A stretch of DNA of 64,000 nt from an uncultured Planctomycetaceae bacterium (lineage in GTDB: Bacteria; Planctomycetota; Planctomycetia; Planctomycetales; Planctomycetaceae): positions 128,001 to 192,000 of the forward strand of contig CAWFGE010000008.1 of NCBI GenBank assembly GCA_963815195.1, written 5' to 3'. Positions 55,484-63,246 of the stretch are shown here, in pieces. The position numbers and the translations under genes were made by a program. The first letter of the stretch is position 1. Each line of letters opens with the position of its first letter. The notes beneath the pieces are model-generated. The model was not told the DNA's origin and made no database searches. It was given only the letters and a program-made list of their open reading frames with translations.

Positions 55484-57202
55484 TCAACCGGATTTCTTTT
55501 TGGTTTTCTTGGCCGCCTTGTCTTCCGCGTCTTGTGCGGACTTGGCCATTTTGCCCGCGGCTTTCTTTTTTGTGGCCTCGGCTTCGGTCGCGGCCTTTTT
55601 GGTTTTCGTTTTGGCGGGCTTCTTCTTGGCCGCGGGTTTTTTCGCGGCGGCTTTTTTCTTGGCGGGAGCCTTCGCGGCTTCCGCGGGTGTCACAGCAACC
55701 GGAGCGGGTTCCGCCGCAACGGTCGCCGGTTGGACCTTTGGCTCGTGGAGGTTCCAGCCCCGCTTTATATTCGCTTCCACGAGTTCATTCCACAAGTGCT
55801 CGATCTGCTCCAGCGAATCGGAAACCCGAATGTCGCGGGCCAGCGGGCTTTTGCGGTTGGGGCTGAAGTCGGTGTAATGCAGCACATAACCCGGGTAGTC
55901 TTCGTTCTCGTCCTTGTTGGTCTTCCACATCACGAACTTCCGCACCATGACTTCGCCCTTGGCTTCCTTGGTGTAAACCTCGCGCTGGAGCAGTTCGCTC
56001 TGGGGCAGAGTCAACTGCTTGGCGTCCCGGTCGGCGAGCGGCACATCGACGATCGCCGTGACCTGCTCGATGCGAATGTCCTGGCGGGTCGGCGTCTTGT
56101 CTTCCCGCCGGCGGATGAACTGCGGAGAGATCACCGACACCAAAGGCATCCGGCGGACGATGTGGTATTTGTCCGAACTATCGCGGTTCCAATCCAAGAC
56201 CATGCGGTGAATCGCCCCGCCCCGCGTGGTCTCCGCCACGAGATCCAGGCAACTGATTTCGATGACCCATTCCGGGCGGACCATCTGATAGGCGACGTGG
56301 TCGGAATTGATTTCCGCGTATTCGCTTTCGACGGTGATGTCTTTGAGGTCGCTCAAAAACTCCCGCCGTTGCTCTTCGGAAAACCCGCCGCCGACCCGCG
56401 TGAGAATCTGCAACGTCTCATCGCCCCGCCGAACCGCCAACAGCAAATCGTGGAGCATCCCCTCGCGGTCATCGACGGACTCGGTAAAGCCCACGACCAC
56501 CGCATCCAACGTATGCCGGGGTTTGATCTTGAACATGCCCGCCGTTTCGCTGCGGACGACCAGGCCTTCGCCGCCCTCCTCTTCGACCCACTGCTCGAAG
56601 AGTTTTTGGATGTCCTCGAGACCCACCGCTTCGCGGGCTTCCACCGGATGAATTTTCTCTCCGGCCGAAAACAATTCGCCGATGCGCTGCCACGTCGCGG
56701 CAAAGTCTTCGTCGGCCGGCTTGTCGTCCAGCGAGATCAGATCGAACACCGCGAACTGGAGCTGCGAAAGCTCGGCTTGGGACGCGGGGTTCCGGGCGAT
56801 CGAATTGACATCATGCACCCGCGGCCGGCGGTCGTTGCGGGCGACATATAGTTCGCCTGCGATCAGGGCTTCTTTGATCTTCGCTTTCGCGAACAGCTTC
56901 TCCGCCTCGGCGAGCCAAGGCAAGCCCGCGCGGACCGTGCCGCCGGGGTTGATGCAAAACGCCTGTCCCGCCCGGTACACGAGCACCGTGAACTCGCCGT
57001 CGATCTTCCGGCTCACGTGGTACTCGGCGGGCATGATTTTTTTGGTGATGTCCTGTTTTCCTAAGGGGGACATCCGCGCGCTCAGCCGCCGGCGGTAGTC
57101 CTGCACCCTCGGCAACAGGGACACATCGGCAATGGCCATCGACGTGCCCACGCCGTAAGAGCCGAGCTTGATTTCGAGGCGCGAGGGATCGAGAAGCGTC
57201 AT
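55484..57202 (-). CDS. ATP-dependent DNA ligase, atypical: adenylation + OB + WGR-like domain + Lys/Ala tail
   Basis: Motif I SRKIDGE, III IAGELY, IIIa FAVFDLI, IV GEGLVVR, V FKIKP; OB TLDAVVVG..RVGGGFS..VRPEWVIEI; VI PQFIRRREDK. ATG 57202 overlaps the upstream TGA (ATGA). Confidence 0.88.
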   Translation of the reverse strand: MTLLDPSRLEIKLGSYGVGTSMAIADVSLLPRVQDYRRRLSARMSPLGKQDITKKIMPAEYHVSRKIDGEFTVLVYRAGQAFCINPGGTVRAGLPWLAEAEKLFAKAKIKEALIAGELYVARNDRRPRVHDVNSIARNPASQAELSQLQFAVFDLISLDDKPADEDFAATWQRIGELFSAGEKIHPVEAREAVGLEDIQKLFEQWVEEEGGEGLVVRSETAGMFKIKPRHTLDAVVVGFTESVDDREGMLHDLLLAVRRGDETLQILTRVGGGFSEEQRREFLSDLKDITVESEYAEINSDHVAYQMVRPEWVIEISCLDLVAETTRGGAIHRMVLDWNRDSSDKYHIVRRMPLVSVISPQFIRRREDKTPTRQDIRIEQVTAIVDVPLADRDAKQLTLPQSELLQREVYTKEAKGEVMVRKFVMWKTNKDENEDYPGYVLHYTDFSPNRKSPLARDIRVSDSLEQIEHLWNELVEANIKRGWNLHEPKVQPATVAAEPAPVAVTPAEAAKAPAKKKAAAKKPAAKKKPAKTKTKKAATEAEATKKKAAGKMAKSAQDAEDKAAKKTKKKSG

Positions 57203-57910
57203 GACTGGGGCTCCGTCGGGGCTTTGAGTTCCAGGTTGGAGAGGTGCAAGATCAAGCAATAGTCTTCGCCGGCGGTCCGGCCTTCCAAGAAGCCGCGGTA
57301 AGGCGAGCCGCCGCGCTGGAGGATCAGGGGCTGATTGGACTTCGGCCCCGCCCCCACGAGCATCACGCTCTGTTTCTCTTCGAGCTCCTTGGCCATCCCG
57401 TAGAGAAAGTCATAGGTGAGGCCGTTGATGTGCACGAGCTGCAGCTTGTTGACGATCACAAACCGCCGGATGGCGTCGGCTTTCTTGATGAGCACCCCGG
57501 ACCATTTCAAAGGCGACTCGCCGGCCATGTTGGGGACGGCGACCTGCTTCGGCTGGCGGGACCGTTCGGAGCCGTCGGGGTTGCGGACGATCTCCCAGCG
57601 TTCGACGCGGTGCACGATCTTTCCGTCGGGATCGATAAACACGCGGGACGTGTCCTTCAAGAACCGCCCGGTGTTTTCCAGGTCCACTTCGGGATCGGTG
57701 TCGATCAACAATTGGGAGAGGATCGCGAGGTCCTCGTGCGCTTTCATCGAGCGCATCGATGTCGCGGTTCCGCGGGGATTTGAGAACGCGGACGGTCGAG
57801 GCTTGCCGGCCTTCGTCGTCCACCCAGCGGACCTGCTGCCTGACATTGACGCTGGCCGCCACGACCACGGCATCGCGGCCTTTGCTGTTGCTGATATTGA
57901 TTTCGCCCAC
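57199..57910 (-). CDS. Hypothetical protein, divergent Ku-like core (second subunit); frameshift near 57748
   Basis: GTG 57910 with a purine-rich RBS: MGEINISNSKGRDAVV...RDIDAL, then MKAHEDL...TYDFLYGMAKELEEKQSVMLVG...RGGSPYRGFLEGRTAGEDYCLILHL (236 aa once corrected). The Ku resemblance is by eye. Confidence 0.55.
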
Positions 57911-57951
57911 GGCGGTTTTCCCCTGTTGGGAGCATTCGAGAAAAGTTCGAT

Positions 57952-58004
57952 CATTAGCCGCAGGGCGGTGCCACCCTGCGGGCGGTGCCACCCTGCGGCT
58001 AATG
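57952..58004. repeat. REP-like hairpin between the two Ku-like genes
   Basis: cattagccgcaggg...ccctgcggctaatg with an internal tandem duplication of gggcggtgccaccctgc. Confidence 0.8.
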
Positions 58005-58007
58005 AAA

Positions 58008-58625
58008 TTAAATCATGCCGAAGTCCATCAGGTCTTCGCTTTCCTCCGTGGTTTCTTCTTCCTCTTCGTTGAGTCCCTGCGATTCGCCCAAGCCGACGTA
58101 TTGCAGCCGGGCTTCGCTGCCGATCGCCAGAAACACATGGCCGTCCTGGCCCATCAACAGGAACGCGGCGTCGGCTTCCAAACCGCCGCGGTAGCTGAAG
58201 TCGAAGGCGAAGATCGTCCCTTTCTTCAGCTCCGCCAGGAGCGGGTCCGCGGGATCGACGGCTTCCATCATGTAGACCGACCGCAGGTTGTGATTGAGGT
58301 ACGTCTCCGCATCGACCGAGCCGGCCAGTTCGATCGGTGCATCGAACGACGAGGGCACTGGCTGGATTTCGTGGCCTTCCAGGTCGATGGGCTTGAGGGA
58401 TTTCTTTTCGCACCAAAGCCCGGTCGCCGAGCGGTAACCGAACCCGGTGCCGCCGCGGCCGATGAGCGTGCAGCCGTCGTCCGCGAGGGTGGCGAGTTCG
58501 CAAGCCCGGCCCTCTTCGTCGCGGACCTCCGTTTCCTTAAAACCGTAAAGCTTCTCGCGATCCACCTTTTGCATCTCAAACGCAAACGTGGCCTCGCCGA
58601 ATTGGAAAGTCAGTTGCCTGGGCAT
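58008..58625 (-). CDS. Hypothetical protein, divergent Ku-like core (first subunit) with acidic tail
   Basis: LTFQFGEATFAFEM, GTGFGYRSATG, PIELAGSVD...LRSVYMM, LLAELKKG, FSYRGG..AAFLL follow the element order of prokaryotic Ku (ISFGLV, KGYE..G, IEI..FV, YYL, LL.AL, LRG...A.L). Confidence 0.6.
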   Translation of the reverse strand: MPRQLTFQFGEATFAFEMQKVDREKLYGFKETEVRDEEGRACELATLADDGCTLIGRGGTGFGYRSATGLWCEKKSLKPIDLEGHEIQPVPSSFDAPIELAGSVDAETYLNHNLRSVYMMEAVDPADPLLAELKKGTIFAFDFSYRGGLEADAAFLLMGQDGHVFLAIGSEARLQYVGLGESQGLNEEEEETTEESEDLMDFGMI

Positions 58626-59127
58626 TGCGTGGTCCCGCAGGATTGGAGAAGAGCCGAAAGGGATGTGCCACCCAAATATGCGCGGGAATTTTCGACCGGG
58701 ACCGGAGTCTTCGCCGACCTCGTGAAAAATTCCCGGAACCGCGCCGCCAAACTCCGCACAGCCCGCAAAAAGGGACTTGGTCCCGCGAATCCAAATTCAA
58801 GCAGGACCCGGGGTTATCGTCGGCTGGGAAAGTTTGCCGGCGGATGCGGGGAAATCTCAAAAAAATACTCTGGGATTTCCTGATTCCGCCGGTGGAGCGC
58901 GGGGGATTTCAACAATTTATGCACAACGCGCCCACCCCGGAAAATCGACGTGAAATTCCTGAACCGTCGCGTGAGCCAATACTTAGGACGCGAACCGTGC
59001 TGTGTTTGAAAAAATCGCGCTCGGCGATCCATCCCGGGCGGTAAACTCAAGGTGGGACGGAACTGCGCATCGAAGCGGGTTTGCAAAGGAGGCGTTTTCA
59101 GCGGCGTGTGATTGATCGGCGGGAAGC

Positions 59128-59715
59128 ATGTCTCCGGATGGCGTGGCGATTTTTTTGCGAGACCACCAGGGCGAAGAGCAGCCGGTGGAGTTCACCTGGG
59201 GCACCGACGCCGCCAGCATCGAGCGGGTTTGGGACGCGGCCGTGAAAAAACTGTCGGCAAAAGACGCCGACGAACTCCGCCGCGAAGGGTATTACGCCCG
59301 GCTCGTGTCGTTGACGGCGCTGGCCTCGGAAGACATCGGCCAGCCGGACTTCATCGAGACCTGCCTCCGCCAGGTCGAGGTTCTCGTGGACCGGGGCGAC
59401 TGCACGAGCCACGCGGGCAACGAAACGGTGACGCAATCCTTCCTGGAAGCCATCCTGGCCAGCGACCGGATCCTCGTGCCGCTGCCGGCGCATGCACCGG
59501 CGTTGCCGGAGTTCGCGGCGGATTATCTGGATTGCCTCGACGCGGGCGATGTCGAGTTGCCGTTGTATTTCGTGCTGCAAGAACGCACGCCGACCCATGC
59601 GATTTATGCGGTCCAGGAATGGGAACCGCCCCGGCCGCGGTTGGGAAAGATGGCTCCCTCGCGGCAAGGTTTGGAACGCGCCCGGCATGCCCAAAGCTCG
59701 GTTGAATATCATTAG
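59128..59715 (+). CDS. Hypothetical acidic protein
   Basis: 195 aa ORF with genome-like codon usage, divergent from the ligase operon. Confidence 0.65.
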   Translation: MSPDGVAIFLRDHQGEEQPVEFTWGTDAASIERVWDAAVKKLSAKDADELRREGYYARLVSLTALASEDIGQPDFIETCLRQVEVLVDRGDCTSHAGNETVTQSFLEAILASDRILVPLPAHAPALPEFAADYLDCLDAGDVELPLYFVLQERTPTHAIYAVQEWEPPRPRLGKMAPSRQGLERARHAQSSVEYH

Positions 59716-59787
59716 CCGCAGGGCGTTCGCCCCGGTGGCCAGATTCGCGAAGCCAGGAGCCGGGGCGAGCGCCCTGCGGCTGATGAT
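59708..59787. repeat. Inverted REP-like pair, ATTAGCCGCAGGGCG family
   Basis: atcattagccgcagggcg ... cgccctgcggctgatgat. Confidence 0.8.
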
Positions 59788-59859
59788 TTCCAATTCAACC
59801 CAAGGCGCGAACCGCTACGACGGGCGCGGGACATTCTTTCCGGGCGTGTTGGGCGACTT

Positions 59860-60231
59860 ATGCCGCGATTCGTGATTTTAACGCACGATCATCCCCATTT
59901 GCATTGGGACTTGATGTGGGAAGAGCCACGCCGGGAAAAGCTGCGCAGCTTTCGATTGGAGCAGCCCCCGGCGGAGGGCATTCTCATCCGGGCCGAGGCC
60001 TTGTCCGATCATCGCGTGGCCTATTTGGATTACGAAGGTCCCGTGAGCCGGAACCGGGGCGAAGTCAAACGCTGGGACTGGGGAGACGTGGAGTCGCTCG
60101 CCGACACGAGCGAAGAAATCTCACTGCGGCTCTTGGGCCGGCGGATTGCGGGGACCGCGGTGTTGACCCAGAACCGCGAGACGGGCTGGACCTTGCGCTA
60201 CATTCCGGATTCATTAGCCGCCGGGCGCTAG
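59860..60231 (+). CDS. Stand-alone LigD 3'-phosphoesterase domain protein (LigD_N / PE)
   Basis: RFVILTH...LHWDL, LRSFRL, DHRVAYLDYEG, GEVKRWDWG match the PE signature FVVQxH..HYDxRLE..DHPxxYxxFEG..GxVxxWDxG. Confidence 0.88.
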   Translation: MPRFVILTHDHPHLHWDLMWEEPRREKLRSFRLEQPPAEGILIRAEALSDHRVAYLDYEGPVSRNRGEVKRWDWGDVESLADTSEEISLRLLGRRIAGTAVLTQNRETGWTLRYIPDSLAAGR

Positions 60232-60320
60232 CCTGGGCTGTTAAAAAATTGGTATTGAAGTCTAAAAACGCGGGTTCTGGCTTGCGCCACCTGTGTTCTC
60301 GGCTTTTTTTGGAAAGCATG

Positions 60321-60558
60321 AGGGCCGAAGGCCCGGCTCTCTGTCAGCCCCGGGCAAGCGCAGCGCCGCCCTGGGTTACGGATGATCAATGAAGCGCGAG
60401 CCCCAAGGGGGCGGCCCGATGTGGCAACTCTCGCCACGGAACAAGGCAATTGCGGATTTCCGATTTCGGGCCGCCCCGTTGGGGCTTCGGCATTTTGTTC
60501 GTTCCCGTTCCCAGGGCTTCGCCCCTGGGAACTGACATAGGGCCGGACCTTCGGTCCT
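60321..60558. repeat. MITE/REP-like element of about 240 bp
   Basis: Imperfect terminal inverted repeats agggccgaaggcccggctctctgtcag / ctgacatagggccggaccttcggtcct; internal hairpins cccaggg..ccctggg and gcccca..ggggcggcccga. Confidence 0.75.
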
Positions 60559-60711
60559 TTTTCTCAAATTTGAAACAGTTGAATTTACGAACGGTCAAAA
60601 AGCTGCGCAAAGACAAATCGTCGTCAAGTCCAAATTTTTAACAGCCCAGCGAAAGCCCCGGTTTTGTTTTTTTCGCGGCGCACCAACCGGATGCCAGCGC
60701 GTTCCGGCTGA

Positions 60712-61464
60712 TCAATCCGCCGCTTGCGGGGTTAGGGTTTGCGCGGTCTTGGGGTAATTGGGCGTATTCGCAAATTGCGGCTTGCGATCTTTCTGGTGCC
60801 CGCGGATTTGCAGTTGGCCTTCTTCGAGCGTCAGCGAATCGACGACGGGCGTCTTGGATTTCTGGCGGTTCAAATTGATGACGACCACATCGTTGCCGTG
60901 GGAGTGGTTCCAACTCACGTCCCAGCCCGCGGCGACCATTTCTTTCGTGAGCTCGTGGAGCATGTCCTCCAGCGGGATCGGCACGATGCCCGCGCGGATG
61001 GATTGGATCTCGATCGCCAACTGGTTCTCCTGGGCGATCCAAGGTTTCAGGTGCAGGCTGACGATGCCGTTCCATCCGTTCCGCTGCAAGCGAAACCCCA
61101 CCTGCAATCGGCCGTCGTGAATCGCGACCCGCGGATCGCTCACTCCTTCGGGGAGCAGGTTTTTGTATTTGTCCTGCTGCAGTTCCTCCACGAGCCAACT
61201 GTTGACTTCCTTTTGCTGGAACGTGGCCGACCATTCGTCGGAATGCTTGAGGTTGTTGACGAAGTTCGTCGTTTGCTGGACCATCTTCTTGGCGGCCTGC
61301 TGCCGTTCCTTCTGATCGCGGGGAACGCTTTCGGAGGCTTGCGCATAGAAATCCGGCACGCGGAGCAAAGCCCAAAGCAAGGTGCCCGCCGCCCCCACCA
61401 CAATCAAAAACGCCGCCACGCCAAGCAGGATCCACTTTTTACGCTGCATGTCATCGTCCCTCAT
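60712..61464 (-). CDS. Membrane-anchored hypothetical protein (start uncertain, 61449-61524)
   Basis: Basic stretch plus one TM helix, then a beta-rich domain (EVNSWL, DPRVAI, IRAGIVPIP, LTLEEGQL). Confidence 0.7.
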   Translation of the reverse strand: MRDDDMQRKKWILLGVAAFLIVVGAAGTLLWALLRVPDFYAQASESVPRDQKERQQAAKKMVQQTTNFVNNLKHSDEWSATFQQKEVNSWLVEELQQDKYKNLLPEGVSDPRVAIHDGRLQVGFRLQRNGWNGIVSLHLKPWIAQENQLAIEIQSIRAGIVPIPLEDMLHELTKEMVAAGWDVSWNHSHGNDVVVINLNRQKSKTPVVDSLTLEEGQLQIRGHQKDRKPQFANTPNYPKTAQTLTPQAAD

Positions 61465-61746
61465 GGGAAGAAAAGTTCTCAGGGCATGTGAGAGTTGGGG
61501 TGGATCACTCTTCCGGCAAATCAAATGCCGGGAACGCCCTGAACGCTCCAGTGAATCCTATGCCCGAAAAAAAAATGGGTCAATATGAGCTTTTCGCTGA
61601 CGACAAACGCTCATTAAGGGTTTTCACCAGCAATCCCGTGCTGGGAAATCCCAAATCCGAATCTCGCTGCATATCGGGCGTGCGTTTCATGAACGGGGTT
61701 TGTTTGCGCATGCTCATTGGGCGGGCGGATGTGATAAAATCGCGGT

Positions 61747-62469
61747 ATGAGCCCGATCGAACAACAGATCGCCGCCAATCTGGCGGACGTGGAGGAGCGG
61801 ATGGCGGCGGCGTGCGCGCGGGCCGGCCGCGAAAGGGATTCGGTCCAGCTCATCGCCGTCACAAAATACGCCGCTTGGGAATGGGTGGAAGCGCTTGTGG
61901 AGTTGGGCGTTCGGCGATTGGGGGAAAGCCGGCCGCAACAACTGATCGAACGCTCGGAGCGGTTGCCAGCCGATGCCGGCGTGGAATGGCATTTGATCGG
62001 CCATCTCCAGCGGAACAAAGTCCGGCCGATGCTCCCGCGCGTGGCGAGCATTCACTCGGTGGACGCGTTCAAGCTTCTGGATCGAATCGAGTTGATCGCG
62101 GGGGAGTTGAACTTCTCTCCGCGGTTGTTGTTGGAGGTGAATCTTTCAGGAGAAGCCTCGAAGGACGGGTTCTCGGCCAAGGAACTCCAAACCCGCGGGG
62201 AGGACTTGCTCAAATACTCCCAGGCCCGGATCACCGGCTTGATGACGATGGCCCCGCATACGGAGGACGAATCGGCCGTGCGCGCGGCGTTTCGGAACCT
62301 CCGCCGCCTGCGGGACGAATTGCAAAGGCAATCCGAAAGCCGGCTCCCACTGCCCGAGTTGTCAATGGGCATGAGCGGAGACTTTGAGATCGCGATTGAG
62401 GAAGGGGCGACGCACATTCGCATCGGCAGCCAGCTTTTCGAAGGCTTGGAATCCACCACGCCACCATAA
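61747..62469 (+). CDS. yggS: PLP homeostasis protein, YggS family
   Basis: LIAVTKY, LGESRPQ, WHLIGHLQRNK, IHSVD, GLMTMAP, LSMGMSGDFEIAIEEGATHIRIGS. Confidence 0.96.
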   Translation: MSPIEQQIAANLADVEERMAAACARAGRERDSVQLIAVTKYAAWEWVEALVELGVRRLGESRPQQLIERSERLPADAGVEWHLIGHLQRNKVRPMLPRVASIHSVDAFKLLDRIELIAGELNFSPRLLLEVNLSGEASKDGFSAKELQTRGEDLLKYSQARITGLMTMAPHTEDESAVRAAFRNLRRLRDELQRQSESRLPLPELSMGMSGDFEIAIEEGATHIRIGSQLFEGLESTTPP

Positions 62470-62479
62470 GGATCAGCCC

Positions 62480-62791
62480 ATGGACATCCCGGAATTGGAA
62501 GAGACCGCGGACGGCGTGCTCCTCCCGGTGCAGGCTCAGCCGCGGTCCCGGAAGAACGCCATCGCCGGCTGGCACGCGGGGCGGTTGAAGGTCTCGATCA
62601 CGCAGGTTCCGGAAAAAGGCAAAGCCAACCTGGCCCTCGCCAAACTGCTCGCCAAATCGCTGGGCATCAAACGCAGCCAAATCCGGCTGGTCTCCGGGGA
62701 GACCTCGCCGCAAAAAGTCTTCTCGATCACCGAGCATACCGCGGCCGAGGTGCTGTCGCGAATCTCCGCTGCGCTCGAGGAATCCGCGTAG
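62480..62791 (+). CDS. yggU: DUF167 / YggU family protein
   Basis: VQAQPRSRKNAI...LKVSI...PEKGKAN...LVSGETSPQK; ATG at 62480. Confidence 0.9.
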   Translation: MDIPELEETADGVLLPVQAQPRSRKNAIAGWHAGRLKVSITQVPEKGKANLALAKLLAKSLGIKRSQIRLVSGETSPQKVFSITEHTAAEVLSRISAALEESA

Positions 62792-62895
62792 GCAACTGCC
62801 TCGGCCTCCGTTTTTTTTGTCTTGTTCTGGATCGACCGGTTTTAACTGTTATCCTAGATTTGAATGTCGAACAAGATAACAACAGGGAGACGAAA

Positions 62896-63246
62896 ATGTT
62901 GGCAGCATCGGAAAACAGAAACCACGGTGCGGAGAAAGGATTCGATGTGGCGTTTCTGAAGTGCTCAGTCGAGCCCAGCGTCTTCCCCCATGAATTGGGA
63001 GTCTTTATCCAGGGGGTCAACCGTGATTATGAATCTCTCATCGATGCGGAACTGATTGAAGTCGATGGACAAACACACAAAGGGCGGGTAGAAATCGCAA
63101 TTATCCAGAGAAGCAAGGAGCAACATGCTCTTTTGGTGGAGCTTCCTCGCCAAGTTGTGATGGGTGGCCGTCGGATTTGGGTTCCGGAATCAGAAGTCGA
63201 ATATGAGCATTCTTTCACAAATAGTGATCAAAAAACTTCTGAGTGA
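62896..63246 (+). CDS. Small beta-rich hypothetical protein in the islet
   Basis: GGGAG RBS before ATG 62896; overlaps the start of the next gene. Confidence 0.65.
   Translation: MLAASENRNHGAEKGFDVAFLKCSVEPSVFPHELGVFIQGVNRDYESLIDAELIEVDGQTHKGRVEIAIIQRSKEQHALLVELPRQVVMGGRRIWVPESEVEYEHSFTNSDQKTSE

Noticed and set aside
35196..56851. Long antisense ORFs such as 35196-36923, 39121-40782, 49890-52142 and 55334-56851
   Set aside because: Mirror frames of well-supported genes in GC-rich DNA, with no motifs of their own.
57199..58503. 434 aa ORF in the track
   Set aside because: Chimera: its first half is an off-frame reading of the 58008-58625 gene and a REP. Only the part after about 57747 is real coding sequence.
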